The translations under genes and the position numbers were made by a program. The notes beneath the pieces are model-generated. The model saw nothing but the letters and a program-made list of their open reading frames with translations, ran no database searches and had not been told where the DNA came from. DNA of 64,000 bases from Promethearchaeota archaeon (GTDB lineage Archaea; Asgardarchaeota; Lokiarchaeia; Sigyniarchaeales; SOKP01). The stretch lies in NCBI GenBank assembly GCA_048938895.1, contig JBHLLU010000012.1, positions 8,642-72,641 on the forward strand, given 5' to 3'. This document shows, piece by piece, positions 56,326 through 64,000 of this stretch (position 1 is the first letter of the stretch; each line of letters opens with the position of its first letter).

Positions 56326-59325
56326 TCACATCGTTTCTCTATAAATCTCTACAATCCTCTTCTTTCGTGCTTTTCTTAAAAGTACTTTCATTCCAATTAT
56401 AATCATAAATATTGAAAGAGAAAAAATCAGAATAATGTTAAACCAAGGGACAAACAATACATATGGCATTCCCGTAAGTGTACTTAAGTTTGAGGTGACA
56501 ATCCAAGCTGATAGCCAACCTACAATAATTCCTATTATCCCACTACTTATCATAATTATTAATGATTCAATTATAAAAAGACGGTTTATATCTCTTCCCT
56601 TCAAACCTAATGTTCTCACTATTCCTATCTCCTTTTTCCTTTCAATAATTGTAGAATAAGATGATGATAACAAGCCGAAAATACATATAAATACTGTAGT
56701 CATTGCTATAAGTGAAAAAAGTGTATCTAATATAAAAAATGCAGATTGTTGTTGAGTAATTAGTTTTTCCAAGTTATATAAATTATAATTATAGTCTGTT
56801 CTATATAATTCATTAATAATATCCTCAATGGAACGAGCTGAAGTAATTTTATCTTCTCTTATCTTGACAAAAATCCTATCAACATAAGGAACTAGGGGAA
56901 TATCTAATATTCTTAGATAAGATTCTTGGGATATTAAAACACCTCCCATATATGCTTGTGTACTAGTACCACTAAATTCAGTTGAAAATCCAGGCATGCT
57001 TTTTGCAATCCCTACAATTTTAAATGGGTATACTTCTAATTCATCTCCTCTGTAGATAACAATTCTAACTGAATCAGATATTTTTAAGTTCAAGTCGATT
57101 GCAATAGCTTCTGAGATAATACAAGTATAAAATTCTTCTAAATTAAACATATGATAAAATGCCTTATCCACACTCCCAGAAGTCATTTCGATATATTCTT
57201 TCTTTACTGTAAATAAATATTCCTCATCAATTCCAATTAGTGTAATTGCCTGGGTCGATAATCCTGTATAATCTCCAATCTCAGCTTTAAATTCTTTATC
57301 TGCTTCAGAATATATTTGAGTCAACTGGTACGGTTTTGCAATAACGGATGATACCTTTTCAATACCATCAATCGATAACAATTCTTCTTCAAAATTTATT
57401 GTCATTACCTTATTTATATTTATGGTAGTTTGCTGGATTTCAAGATTTGAATTTAATAATCTGTCTTCATTGATAGATACTGGAAAAAAAGGACCACCAC
57501 CTAAACCTGCATTGTAAATCTCATCTGGTTCTTGCCAACCAGAAGTTTCAATCACAATATCTGATCCATAAGTTAATTCTGTCATCGCGGAAGATTGTGC
57601 TGAAAGAGTGTTAATTACTGTAGACGTAAAAATTACGAATGAAAAAGAAAGTGCAAAAATCATTACCGTACTAGAATTTCTTCTTTGATATCGAAATACA
57701 AATATCTTTATTACATTATGTAATCGTTGTGCAAGCGGTCTAAATAGCGCTATAATTATTCTTAAGACAAGAGGAATTAATCCTAATCCTGCTAAAGTTA
57801 ACCCAATATTAAAGATTAATAAAATTGCAATAAGTACACCGGCAAAAAGAGTTGAATCATTAGAAATTAAAATCCTAGGGATAACATAGAAAACAAATCC
57901 TCCATTAAATGCTAAAATAATTCCAACAAGTATGATTTTATAGTTAACAGTAGTTTTTTTTTGAAGGTGATAAAGAGTATCTTCATGACGATAGGGATGG
58001 ATAGATTCGATAAGTTGAAGTTTCATTACTTTCAAGGCAGGAGAAATGCTTACTATCATTCCAACACCTATACCCATGGCATAAGCTATTAAAATTGACC
58101 AAATACTAAAAGAAAATGTTAGTTCTGTAAAACCAATTGCAGCGTCAGTTATTACTCTATTTGCAAAAGGAATTATTATAAATCTAGATATAATGTTAGC
58201 AGTAATAATGCCAGAAATTGTCCCCAAATTACATAAGAGGAATCCTTGCATTAATACAATCGCAAGGTTATATCTCTTATTAGCACCTAGTGTTCGAAAT
58301 ATCCCAAATTCTCTTATTCTTTCTTCTACTGAAGTTTTTAGAATCCCATTAATTAATACACCAGAAATAAGCATGGCAACAATAGATACAAATATAAACA
58401 CAATAACGATCAAAATACTTACCATTTCAGCCCAACCTAAAACTCTTAATTTGGGCAGATCTATAAAAAATTTTTCAATCCCAATCGCAAGTTGAATTTC
58501 GCCAGCAATATTCTTAACAGTAGATTTTGTTCCTTCTATGTCTCTTATATCATAAATATTTTCACTGTCTTTGAGAGTTAAAATTAATTGACTACAGGTT
58601 TTATTGAACTCTTCATATCCGAAATAGTGATATAATGTCTCAATATCAACCACAATAAGATGTCTAGTACGGTATTCACTAGGCCATTTTAGATTGAAAT
58701 CAAAAATAGCATCAACAGTAAGATTTTTAGTAATTGTGTGTGTAACATTTCCATGCCTTAATCTCATTTTAATTTCGATAATATCATTTACCTTATACCT
58801 AATAATATTGTTAAAACCATAGTAGATCGCGCAATGATTTAGAGGTAAACTATCCAGATCAAGAATCTCATTGCTTGAAGGATTGACCATTGACCCAAAT
58901 TTAATACTTTTTTCATGAGTGAAATTAATTCCAGACAAAACACTCCATTCTTCTTCCCCTGATAATTCTGTTGTATTAAATCCCTTTGAAATTTTTACTG
59001 TTGCAGATACATCCATTCGTGGAATAAAATTTTCAACTGTAGACGAAGTATTTTGAATTGTTTCTATGATCGGATCAAATTTAAAATAGGACGATCTATC
59101 TTCCGGTTCCCCTGTAAAATGCCTTACCGTTATTACAGCATCCTGGTTTCCTGCTTCAATTGTAAGGTAATCTACGTAACTGGAAGAAATAGAATCATTT
59201 AAAAATAATACTACCGTTAACAAACCAATAGAAATAAGCATTCCGATAATTGCTAATAATGTTCTGATTTTCTGCTTTTTAAGATCCAAAAAAGCATATT
59301 TTATAACTAATCTAAAATGGTTCAT
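56326..59325 (-). CDS. ABC transporter permease with two FtsX/MacB units
   Basis: ERIREFGIFRTLG and ERKKEIGIVRTLG motifs; paralogous to 44491-47463. Confidence 0.88.
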   Translation of the reverse strand: MNHFRLVIKYAFLDLKKQKIRTLLAIIGMLISIGLLTVVLFLNDSISSSYVDYLTIEAGNQDAVITVRHFTGEPEDRSSYFKFDPIIETIQNTSSTVENFIPRMDVSATVKISKGFNTTELSGEEEWSVLSGINFTHEKSIKFGSMVNPSSNEILDLDSLPLNHCAIYYGFNNIIRYKVNDIIEIKMRLRHGNVTHTITKNLTVDAIFDFNLKWPSEYRTRHLIVVDIETLYHYFGYEEFNKTCSQLILTLKDSENIYDIRDIEGTKSTVKNIAGEIQLAIGIEKFFIDLPKLRVLGWAEMVSILIVIVFIFVSIVAMLISGVLINGILKTSVEERIREFGIFRTLGANKRYNLAIVLMQGFLLCNLGTISGIITANIISRFIIIPFANRVITDAAIGFTELTFSFSIWSILIAYAMGIGVGMIVSISPALKVMKLQLIESIHPYRHEDTLYHLQKKTTVNYKIILVGIILAFNGGFVFYVIPRILISNDSTLFAGVLIAILLIFNIGLTLAGLGLIPLVLRIIIALFRPLAQRLHNVIKIFVFRYQRRNSSTVMIFALSFSFVIFTSTVINTLSAQSSAMTELTYGSDIVIETSGWQEPDEIYNAGLGGGPFFPVSINEDRLLNSNLEIQQTTININKVMTINFEEELLSIDGIEKVSSVIAKPYQLTQIYSEADKEFKAEIGDYTGLSTQAITLIGIDEEYLFTVKKEYIEMTSGSVDKAFYHMFNLEEFYTCIISEAIAIDLNLKISDSVRIVIYRGDELEVYPFKIVGIAKSMPGFSTEFSGTSTQAYMGGVLISQESYLRILDIPLVPYVDRIFVKIREDKITSARSIEDIINELYRTDYNYNLYNLEKLITQQQSAFFILDTLFSLIAMTTVFICIFGLLSSSYSTIIERKKEIGIVRTLGLKGRDINRLFIIESLIIMISSGIIGIIVGWLSAWIVTSNLSTLTGMPYVLFVPWFNIILIFSLSIFMIIIGMKVLLRKARKKRIVEIYRETM

Positions 59326-59374
59326 GAGGTATTATTTCATCCAATTCTTTATTTGAGAACTTCATCCATATTTT

Positions 59375-60553
59375 TCATTGTAAGCTTAACAATTCTCCAT
59401 CTATTTTCATATTAAGATTATTATCTGTTATCAATTCCTGTAAAATATCTTCAAAGCTTTCTGGTAAATTTATAAAAATGGAGCTTGGGATGAAATGTTT
59501 TATTTCATTTATTTTAATTTCCGTTTTTCCTTGATTTGAGAACAGGTATTGAAAAATTTTACTTTTACACTTTTCTTTATTAATCTCATTCTCCTGCTTT
59601 CTTTTTAATTCCATAAGTTGAGTCTCTTTCAAGCCCGATATTTCTCCCTCTGTTGTTAGTTTCCCATCTCTCATATGAAGAACTTTATTTGCAAATTCAG
59701 ATACCGCAGCATCATGACTTACGGCAACAAAAGTAGCTCCTCGTTTGTTTAAATCCTTCAGAAGATTCAAAATCATTATTCCTGTTTTACTATCAAGATC
59801 TCCTGTAACCTCATCAAGAATCACTACCCCAGGATCATTTGCGAAGGCTCTTGCAATAGCAACTCTTTGTTGTTCACCACCACTCAATTCTGAAGGTGTG
59901 TGATGCGCTCTTTCATCCAATCCTACTAATCTTAAGAGATCCATTGCTCTTTTCCTCTTTCCTCGACGACTTAGGTTTCCTGAAAAATGAAGTGGCACCA
60001 TAACATTCTCCATTGCAGTCATTTGGGGGAGTAAATTATAAAATTGGAATACAAAACCTATACGTTCCCTACGGATCTCTGCTAAATCATTATCATTCAA
60101 CATACTTATATTAGACCCTTCTAAAAAGATCTTTCCTCGCGTTGGGGTGTCAAGACCTCCAATCAAATTTAGTAAAGTCGTTTTTCCAGAACCAGAAGGC
60201 CCCATAATATCGACAAAGTCTCCATTATCTATTGTTAAATCTACACCTCTTAATGCTGCGACTGCAGTTGTTCCCAATAAATATGTCTTATGCAAATTTT
60301 CAACTACAATTAGATGTTCATAATCTTTACCCGGAACTTTATCTTCCTTAACTTCTTTCTTCATAGCTTTCTTTTCTATTCGAGACTGAGAAATAATGTC
60401 TGATTTTTCTTTTTTGATTTCTTCTTTTTTTTGTCGTTGTTTCCATTTTATAAATTGTTTTGAAACTTCACCTTTCCATATTGCTAATTTCCCAGTTTCT
60501 TCTTCATATCGTTCCATTAAAGGAGTTTTCTTAATATTTGGTAATTGAGTCAT
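59375..60553 (-). CDS. ABC transporter ATP-binding protein (LolD/MacB/SalX family) with N- and C-terminal extensions
   Basis: GPSGSGKTT, IGFVFQFYNL, LSGGEQQRVAIARA, LDE and SHD motifs. Confidence 0.92.
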   Translation of the reverse strand: MTQLPNIKKTPLMERYEEETGKLAIWKGEVSKQFIKWKQRQKKEEIKKEKSDIISQSRIEKKAMKKEVKEDKVPGKDYEHLIVVENLHKTYLLGTTAVAALRGVDLTIDNGDFVDIMGPSGSGKTTLLNLIGGLDTPTRGKIFLEGSNISMLNDNDLAEIRRERIGFVFQFYNLLPQMTAMENVMVPLHFSGNLSRRGKRKRAMDLLRLVGLDERAHHTPSELSGGEQQRVAIARAFANDPGVVILDEVTGDLDSKTGIMILNLLKDLNKRGATFVAVSHDAAVSEFANKVLHMRDGKLTTEGEISGLKETQLMELKRKQENEINKEKCKSKIFQYLFSNQGKTEIKINEIKHFIPSSIFINLPESFEDILQELITDNNLNMKIDGELLSLQ

Positions 60554-60768
60554 ACAAATTCTACTATTAAATTTTCTTTATTGTTAAGTACCTTATTTTA
60601 GATTATTAGGTGGTATTTTAACTTTATTATATTATAGTGTTAAAATAAATTTTATCTGAATACTGAGCTTAGATCTAAAAAGTACTAAAGTATTTTTAAA
60701 AATTAAGGTTCTAATTAAATAGAACATTTAAAAAACTGAAAGAATATAAGAAAAAAGGAAATTAATAG

Positions 60769-60996
60769 TTATTCTTCCTTTCTAAAAACTATTCGAAGAA
60801 TAATCCCGACAATAACAAGGAACGAAAAGGTTACCATACTAAATATGAATATAATCATATCCAATTTAGGTGTTTGAGGAATTCCCAAGTTCTCATATAC
60901 ATCAAGGAATATAAAAAATGAAACTAAACTTGATATTAAAATAACAGCAGAAATTCCAAATAAGATAAAACTGAAATCTTTATTTCTTTTTTGTTT
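60769..60996 (-). CDS. unannotated small two-TM membrane ORF with no upstream canonical start
   Basis: Open frame KQKRNKDFSFILFGISAVILISSLVSFFIFLDVYENLGIPQTPKLDMIIFIFSMVTFSFLVIVGIILRIVFRKEE*, overlapping the RNase III stop in the +1 frame. Confidence 0.4.
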   Translation of the reverse strand, partial: KQKRNKDFSFILFGISAVILISSLVSFFIFLDVYENLGIPQTPKLDMIIFIFSMVTFSFLVIVGIILRIVFRKEE

Positions 60997-61711
60997 TTAG
61001 GTATTTAAATATCTTAGCATAAATATCTTTTTCAGCATCTTTCTTATTTCTAAATTTGCTTGATTTTATGTTTTGTGATATTTCAATTAGAATCTTTTGG
61101 CTATTTTTATCAGTAATCCTTGGATTCATTGCAATCCAGATTGGGTCATGCTCAAATCCACTTTTGCTATAATCAAGTTCAATAGAAATAGAAGTCTTAA
61201 ATTTATCTTGTAAATATTCTAATAAATCATTCTTATTATATGGTAATTCATTTTTAAGAACAGTATCAAAATCCTCAATGAAAGGATTGATCATTTTTTC
61301 TTCAACTATAGTAAAATTATATTTAGAATCAAAAAAAATTGCTCCACAAATCGCTTCAAAAACATCTGCTAAGATCCGGGTACCCTCAATTGTCTGTTTT
61401 TCAGAATAAAATATGAATTTTTCTAAATTCATTCTTTTTGCAATCGTTTTTAAAGCTTTATCACTTTCTAAGGAAGCTTTAATTTTAGTAATTTCCCCAG
61501 GATCTCTTATCCCTTGATGATATAATTTCAAGATAAAAATAATCTTTAAGACAGCATCTCCCAAATTTTCTAAAAAATCATAATCAGGTTTCCCTAATTC
61601 GTGTCCTACCAGGGGAGTAGTAAGGGCTTCAACTAAGAGTTGATCATCCTTGAATCTATATCCAATAAAATCTTGGAATTCTCTTAAATTTTGTTTCATA
61701 TTATCAAACAT
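60980..61711 (-). CDS. rnc: ribonuclease III family protein
   Basis: GYRFKD..LL.EALT, LENLGDAVL, ADVFEAICGAIFFD and dsRBD-like C-terminus (KNDLLEYLQ...KKDAEK). Confidence 0.85.
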   Translation of the reverse strand: MFDNMKQNLREFQDFIGYRFKDDQLLVEALTTPLVGHELGKPDYDFLENLGDAVLKIIFILKLYHQGIRDPGEITKIKASLESDKALKTIAKRMNLEKFIFYSEKQTIEGTRILADVFEAICGAIFFDSKYNFTIVEEKMINPFIEDFDTVLKNELPYNKNDLLEYLQDKFKTSISIELDYSKSGFEHDPIWIAMNPRITDKNSQKILIEISQNIKSSKFRNKKDAEKDIYAKIFKYLKTKKK

Positions 61712-61769
61712 TCCTATTTAACAATTATTTTTGGTAAATTTAAAAATTTAGAGAAAACATAATTTATAT

Positions 61770-62201
61770 ATGGCAAGAGAAATTAAGGATGAAGTTCTCG
61801 ATATGATTAGAGATATTGAAGAAAAAGACTTAGAGATTAAAAAATACCTCTCTGAATTATCACTTCTATCCAGAAAAGAGACTCTTAAGGATATAATGAG
61901 CAATATCATAGAAAATAATACTATTTTACAAGAAATTGAAAAATCTAAGGGGAAACATCTACATCCTAGAAGTAAGGAACAAACAAATAAGTTTCAAGAT
62001 CTTGTCAATAGTTTTATTACTAAAATTGATGAAAATCCTACAAAAAAAATAATATATTTAAGAGAATTTCTTGAAAATTTTGCTTCTATATCTAATACTG
62101 ATAAAGATGTAATTATTAATTCATTAAAAGATGAGACAAATAATGATAAATTGAGAGAAAAGATGACTTCACTTGTTGACGTTTTCCTTCAGACTAAATA
62201 A
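61770..62201 (+). CDS. hypothetical helical protein
   Basis: 143-aa charged helical ORF with ATG start; no motif recognised. Confidence 0.6.
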   Translation: MAREIKDEVLDMIRDIEEKDLEIKKYLSELSLLSRKETLKDIMSNIIENNTILQEIEKSKGKHLHPRSKEQTNKFQDLVNSFITKIDENPTKKIIYLREFLENFASISNTDKDVIINSLKDETNNDKLREKMTSLVDVFLQTK

Positions 62202-62217
62202 TATTCTTGGACTTATA

Positions 62218-62613
62218 TTATAAACTAAATAGTTGAAGTAGAACAAGAACGTGTTTAATGCCCCTTATTTTTAATCTCCCTGTAAGAATTTTTCCTATGA
62301 CTTTTCCTAAAGAGATATCCTCACTACCAAGAAGACTTAGAAATGTATTGGTATCTGCTTGTAAAAAACCATCCCATCCAATAACCTTCTTCTTAAGATT
62401 TTTTTTGGGGTTGTTTTTAAATCCTTCCACATGAATTGTTCCTTTATCTATTACTAATAAAGCCGCATATTTTCCATCCTTTGCATTTATAAGGACTTTA
62501 ACTTCTTTATCCTTGAATTTTTTCTTAAATTTTGAATTTTCATTCAGAGGTTCAACTTGTTTGGAAACAATTCCTGCAAGACCGCGTAGCCTCTCCTTTT
62601 TTTCTTCAGTCAT
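62218..62613 (-). CDS. SCP2 sterol/lipid-binding domain-like protein
   Basis: LVIDKGTIHV...D..LQAD..TF..L...ILTGRLKIRG pattern. Confidence 0.6.
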   Translation of the reverse strand: MTEEKKERLRGLAGIVSKQVEPLNENSKFKKKFKDKEVKVLINAKDGKYAALLVIDKGTIHVEGFKNNPKKNLKKKVIGWDGFLQADTNTFLSLLGSEDISLGKVIGKILTGRLKIRGIKHVLVLLQLFSL

Positions 62614-62763
62614 ATTGATCAATTCAGTTGGTAAAAATATCTCTAATTAATAAATATTTTCTCTAAAATAATGAAATATTAAAACATCTTTAAAGAATAC
62701 GAAAATTTTATATACTACAGAAGAATAAGTGATCTAATCCTAATTCTGTAAGAATAGCCCAAA

Positions 62764-63015
62764 CTAGTAAGCGTCCCCATCAGCTCCCGAGAAAAGATCT
62801 TCGTAGGCCTTTCGATCCTCACTAGATATTCTTTCCCCTCTCAAACCTTCCTTAACTACGATTGGGGCAGATTCTTTCTCATCATGACGAATCTTTTTTT
62901 GAATTTTATATTCTCCTTTGCTCTCGCCTAAGTCGAATTCCTCTTCACAAGCCTTACAGTATAGTTTTCCGTTTTTTGGGATAAGCATGTTTCCGCACTG
63001 GTCGCAAAATCGCAT
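62764..63015 (-). CDS. TFS/RpoM (RPA12/RPB9/RPC11 family)-like protein, N-terminal zinc ribbon only
   Basis: MRFCDQCGNMLIP....LYCKACE; no second zinc ribbon; GGTGA SD upstream. Confidence 0.65.
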   Translation of the reverse strand: MRFCDQCGNMLIPKNGKLYCKACEEEFDLGESKGEYKIQKKIRHDEKESAPIVVKEGLRGERISSEDRKAYEDLFSGADGDAY

Positions 63016-63405
63016 AATCTTTTATTTTCACCTTCAACGATACGTTTTCAATTCTTCAACTATTAAACTTTTCGGTTTACTACGCCTTTAAAGGTTTTTT
63101 TTTAACAGAATTAAAAAAATAAATACCACTTATAAATTTAACGTATAACTTACGTAATTGTTACCGTATTACGTATTTATAAAGATCTAGTTTAAATTAT
63201 TAATTTCTTGTTTAGGTAGTGGTTTCTCAAAACCTTGAATAACTATAAAATAACTAGGAAATTAATGATGTATTGATTTTGAATTCACAAAAAAATAATC
63301 AAATTTATGCCTATTTAACTAGATGAAGAATTAATATTATTCTTATATTAGAGTAAGAGATTAATTAGAGATAATATCTTTATTATTACAATTAAAATAT
63401 AGAAA

Positions 63406-64000
63406 ATGGGATTTTTGAAGATTATCGAACATAAGGAAGAAAAAATTTTAATCATTGCTCATAGAGGGGCAAGCAATATTGCTCCTGAAAATACTCTTAA
63501 AGCTTTTAAAATAGCAATTGAATTAAAAGCAGACTATATAGAATTGGATGTTCAAGAATCTAAAGATGGGTTTCTTGTTGTTGCCCATGACGAAGATCTC
63601 AATCGAATAACGGGGGTGGATGGTCTTATTAAAGATCTCACCCTTGGAGAACTCAAGGCTCTTAATTTTGGTGAAGGAGAGAAGATTCCTACCCTTCAAG
63701 AAGTCATTGAGTTAATCAAAGGTAAAATAGCTCTCAATTGTGAAATTAAGGTCAAAAATATATCAAATAAAGTGATTGCCTTATTTAACAAATACCAAAT
63801 TGCAGATCAAGTGGTAGTGAGCTCTTTTTTACACGATGAGCTCCTAAAGATCCAAAAGGTGGATCCTAAAATAAAATTAGCTTCTCTAGAGCCAAGGCAA
63901 TATGGAAAAAAATTCAACTGGGATGTAAAAAAGGAAATGATTCAGTTTTGTATTGATTATAAATTATTTGCGATAAATCCAATTTACTTTTTGATTGATC
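63406..64000 (+). CDS. glycerophosphodiester phosphodiesterase (partial, runs off the window)
   Basis: Translated by eye: IIAHRGASNIAPENTL.AF...ELDVQESKDG..VVAHD, IPTLQEV, NCEIK, VSSF. Confidence 0.9.
   Translation, partial: MGFLKIIEHKEEKILIIAHRGASNIAPENTLKAFKIAIELKADYIELDVQESKDGFLVVAHDEDLNRITGVDGLIKDLTLGELKALNFGEGEKIPTLQEVIELIKGKIALNCEIKVKNISNKVIALFNKYQIADQVVVSSFLHDELLKIQKVDPKIKLASLEPRQYGKKFNWDVKKEMIQFCIDYKLFAINPIYFLID

Noticed and set aside
1961-58495. Numerous short antisense or alternate-frame ORFs inside larger genes (e.g. 1961-2182, 8941-9234, 45743-46267, 58193-58495)
   Set aside because: Fully nested in well-supported genes, with no motifs; typical shadows of hydrophobic or AT-rich coding sequence
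60986-60992. A_AAA_AAG -1 frameshift heptamer at the end of RNase III
   Set aside because: The -1 frame closes after about a dozen codons; the membrane ORF is in the +1 frame, so classical -1 slippage does not explain it
1-64000. CRISPR arrays, rRNA genes, IS elements and selenoprotein (UGA read-through) genes
   Set aside because: No regularly spaced repeats, long GC-rich RNA gene, transposase motifs or convincing in-frame TGA within a conserved domain were noticed by eye

Overview
A very AT-rich, gene-dense archaeal chromosomal window, most consistent with Asgard archaea (Lokiarchaeia/Promethearchaeota). The evidence is the archaeal ribosomal proteins eS1 and uS15, an intron-less tRNA-Val(GAC) without encoded CCA, several longin/roadblock-like proteins, a histone-fold protein and GGTGA/GAGG-type Shine-Dalgarno motifs. 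Most genes are housekeeping or metabolic (Nop2-type methyltransferase, CyaB, GlgP, MtnA, Pgk, Dus, LarB/LarC/NikR, GlmU, sirtuin, RdgB, RNase III). The most striking locus is a ~16-kb tightly coupled five-gene operon (44.5-60.5 kb). It encodes a MacB/LolD-type ABC ATPase, two large double-FtsX permeases, a 1320-aa membrane-anchored surface protein and a ~1618-aa membrane-anchored S8 protease with a cytoplasmic double zinc ribbon. A second notable signal is apparent ATA (and possibly ATT) translation initiation at several genes, including uS15. There is also an unannotated two-helix membrane ORF in the +1 frame at the end of RNase III. No CRISPR array, rRNA or mobile element was seen. All product calls come from motif recognition by eye; no database searches were run.
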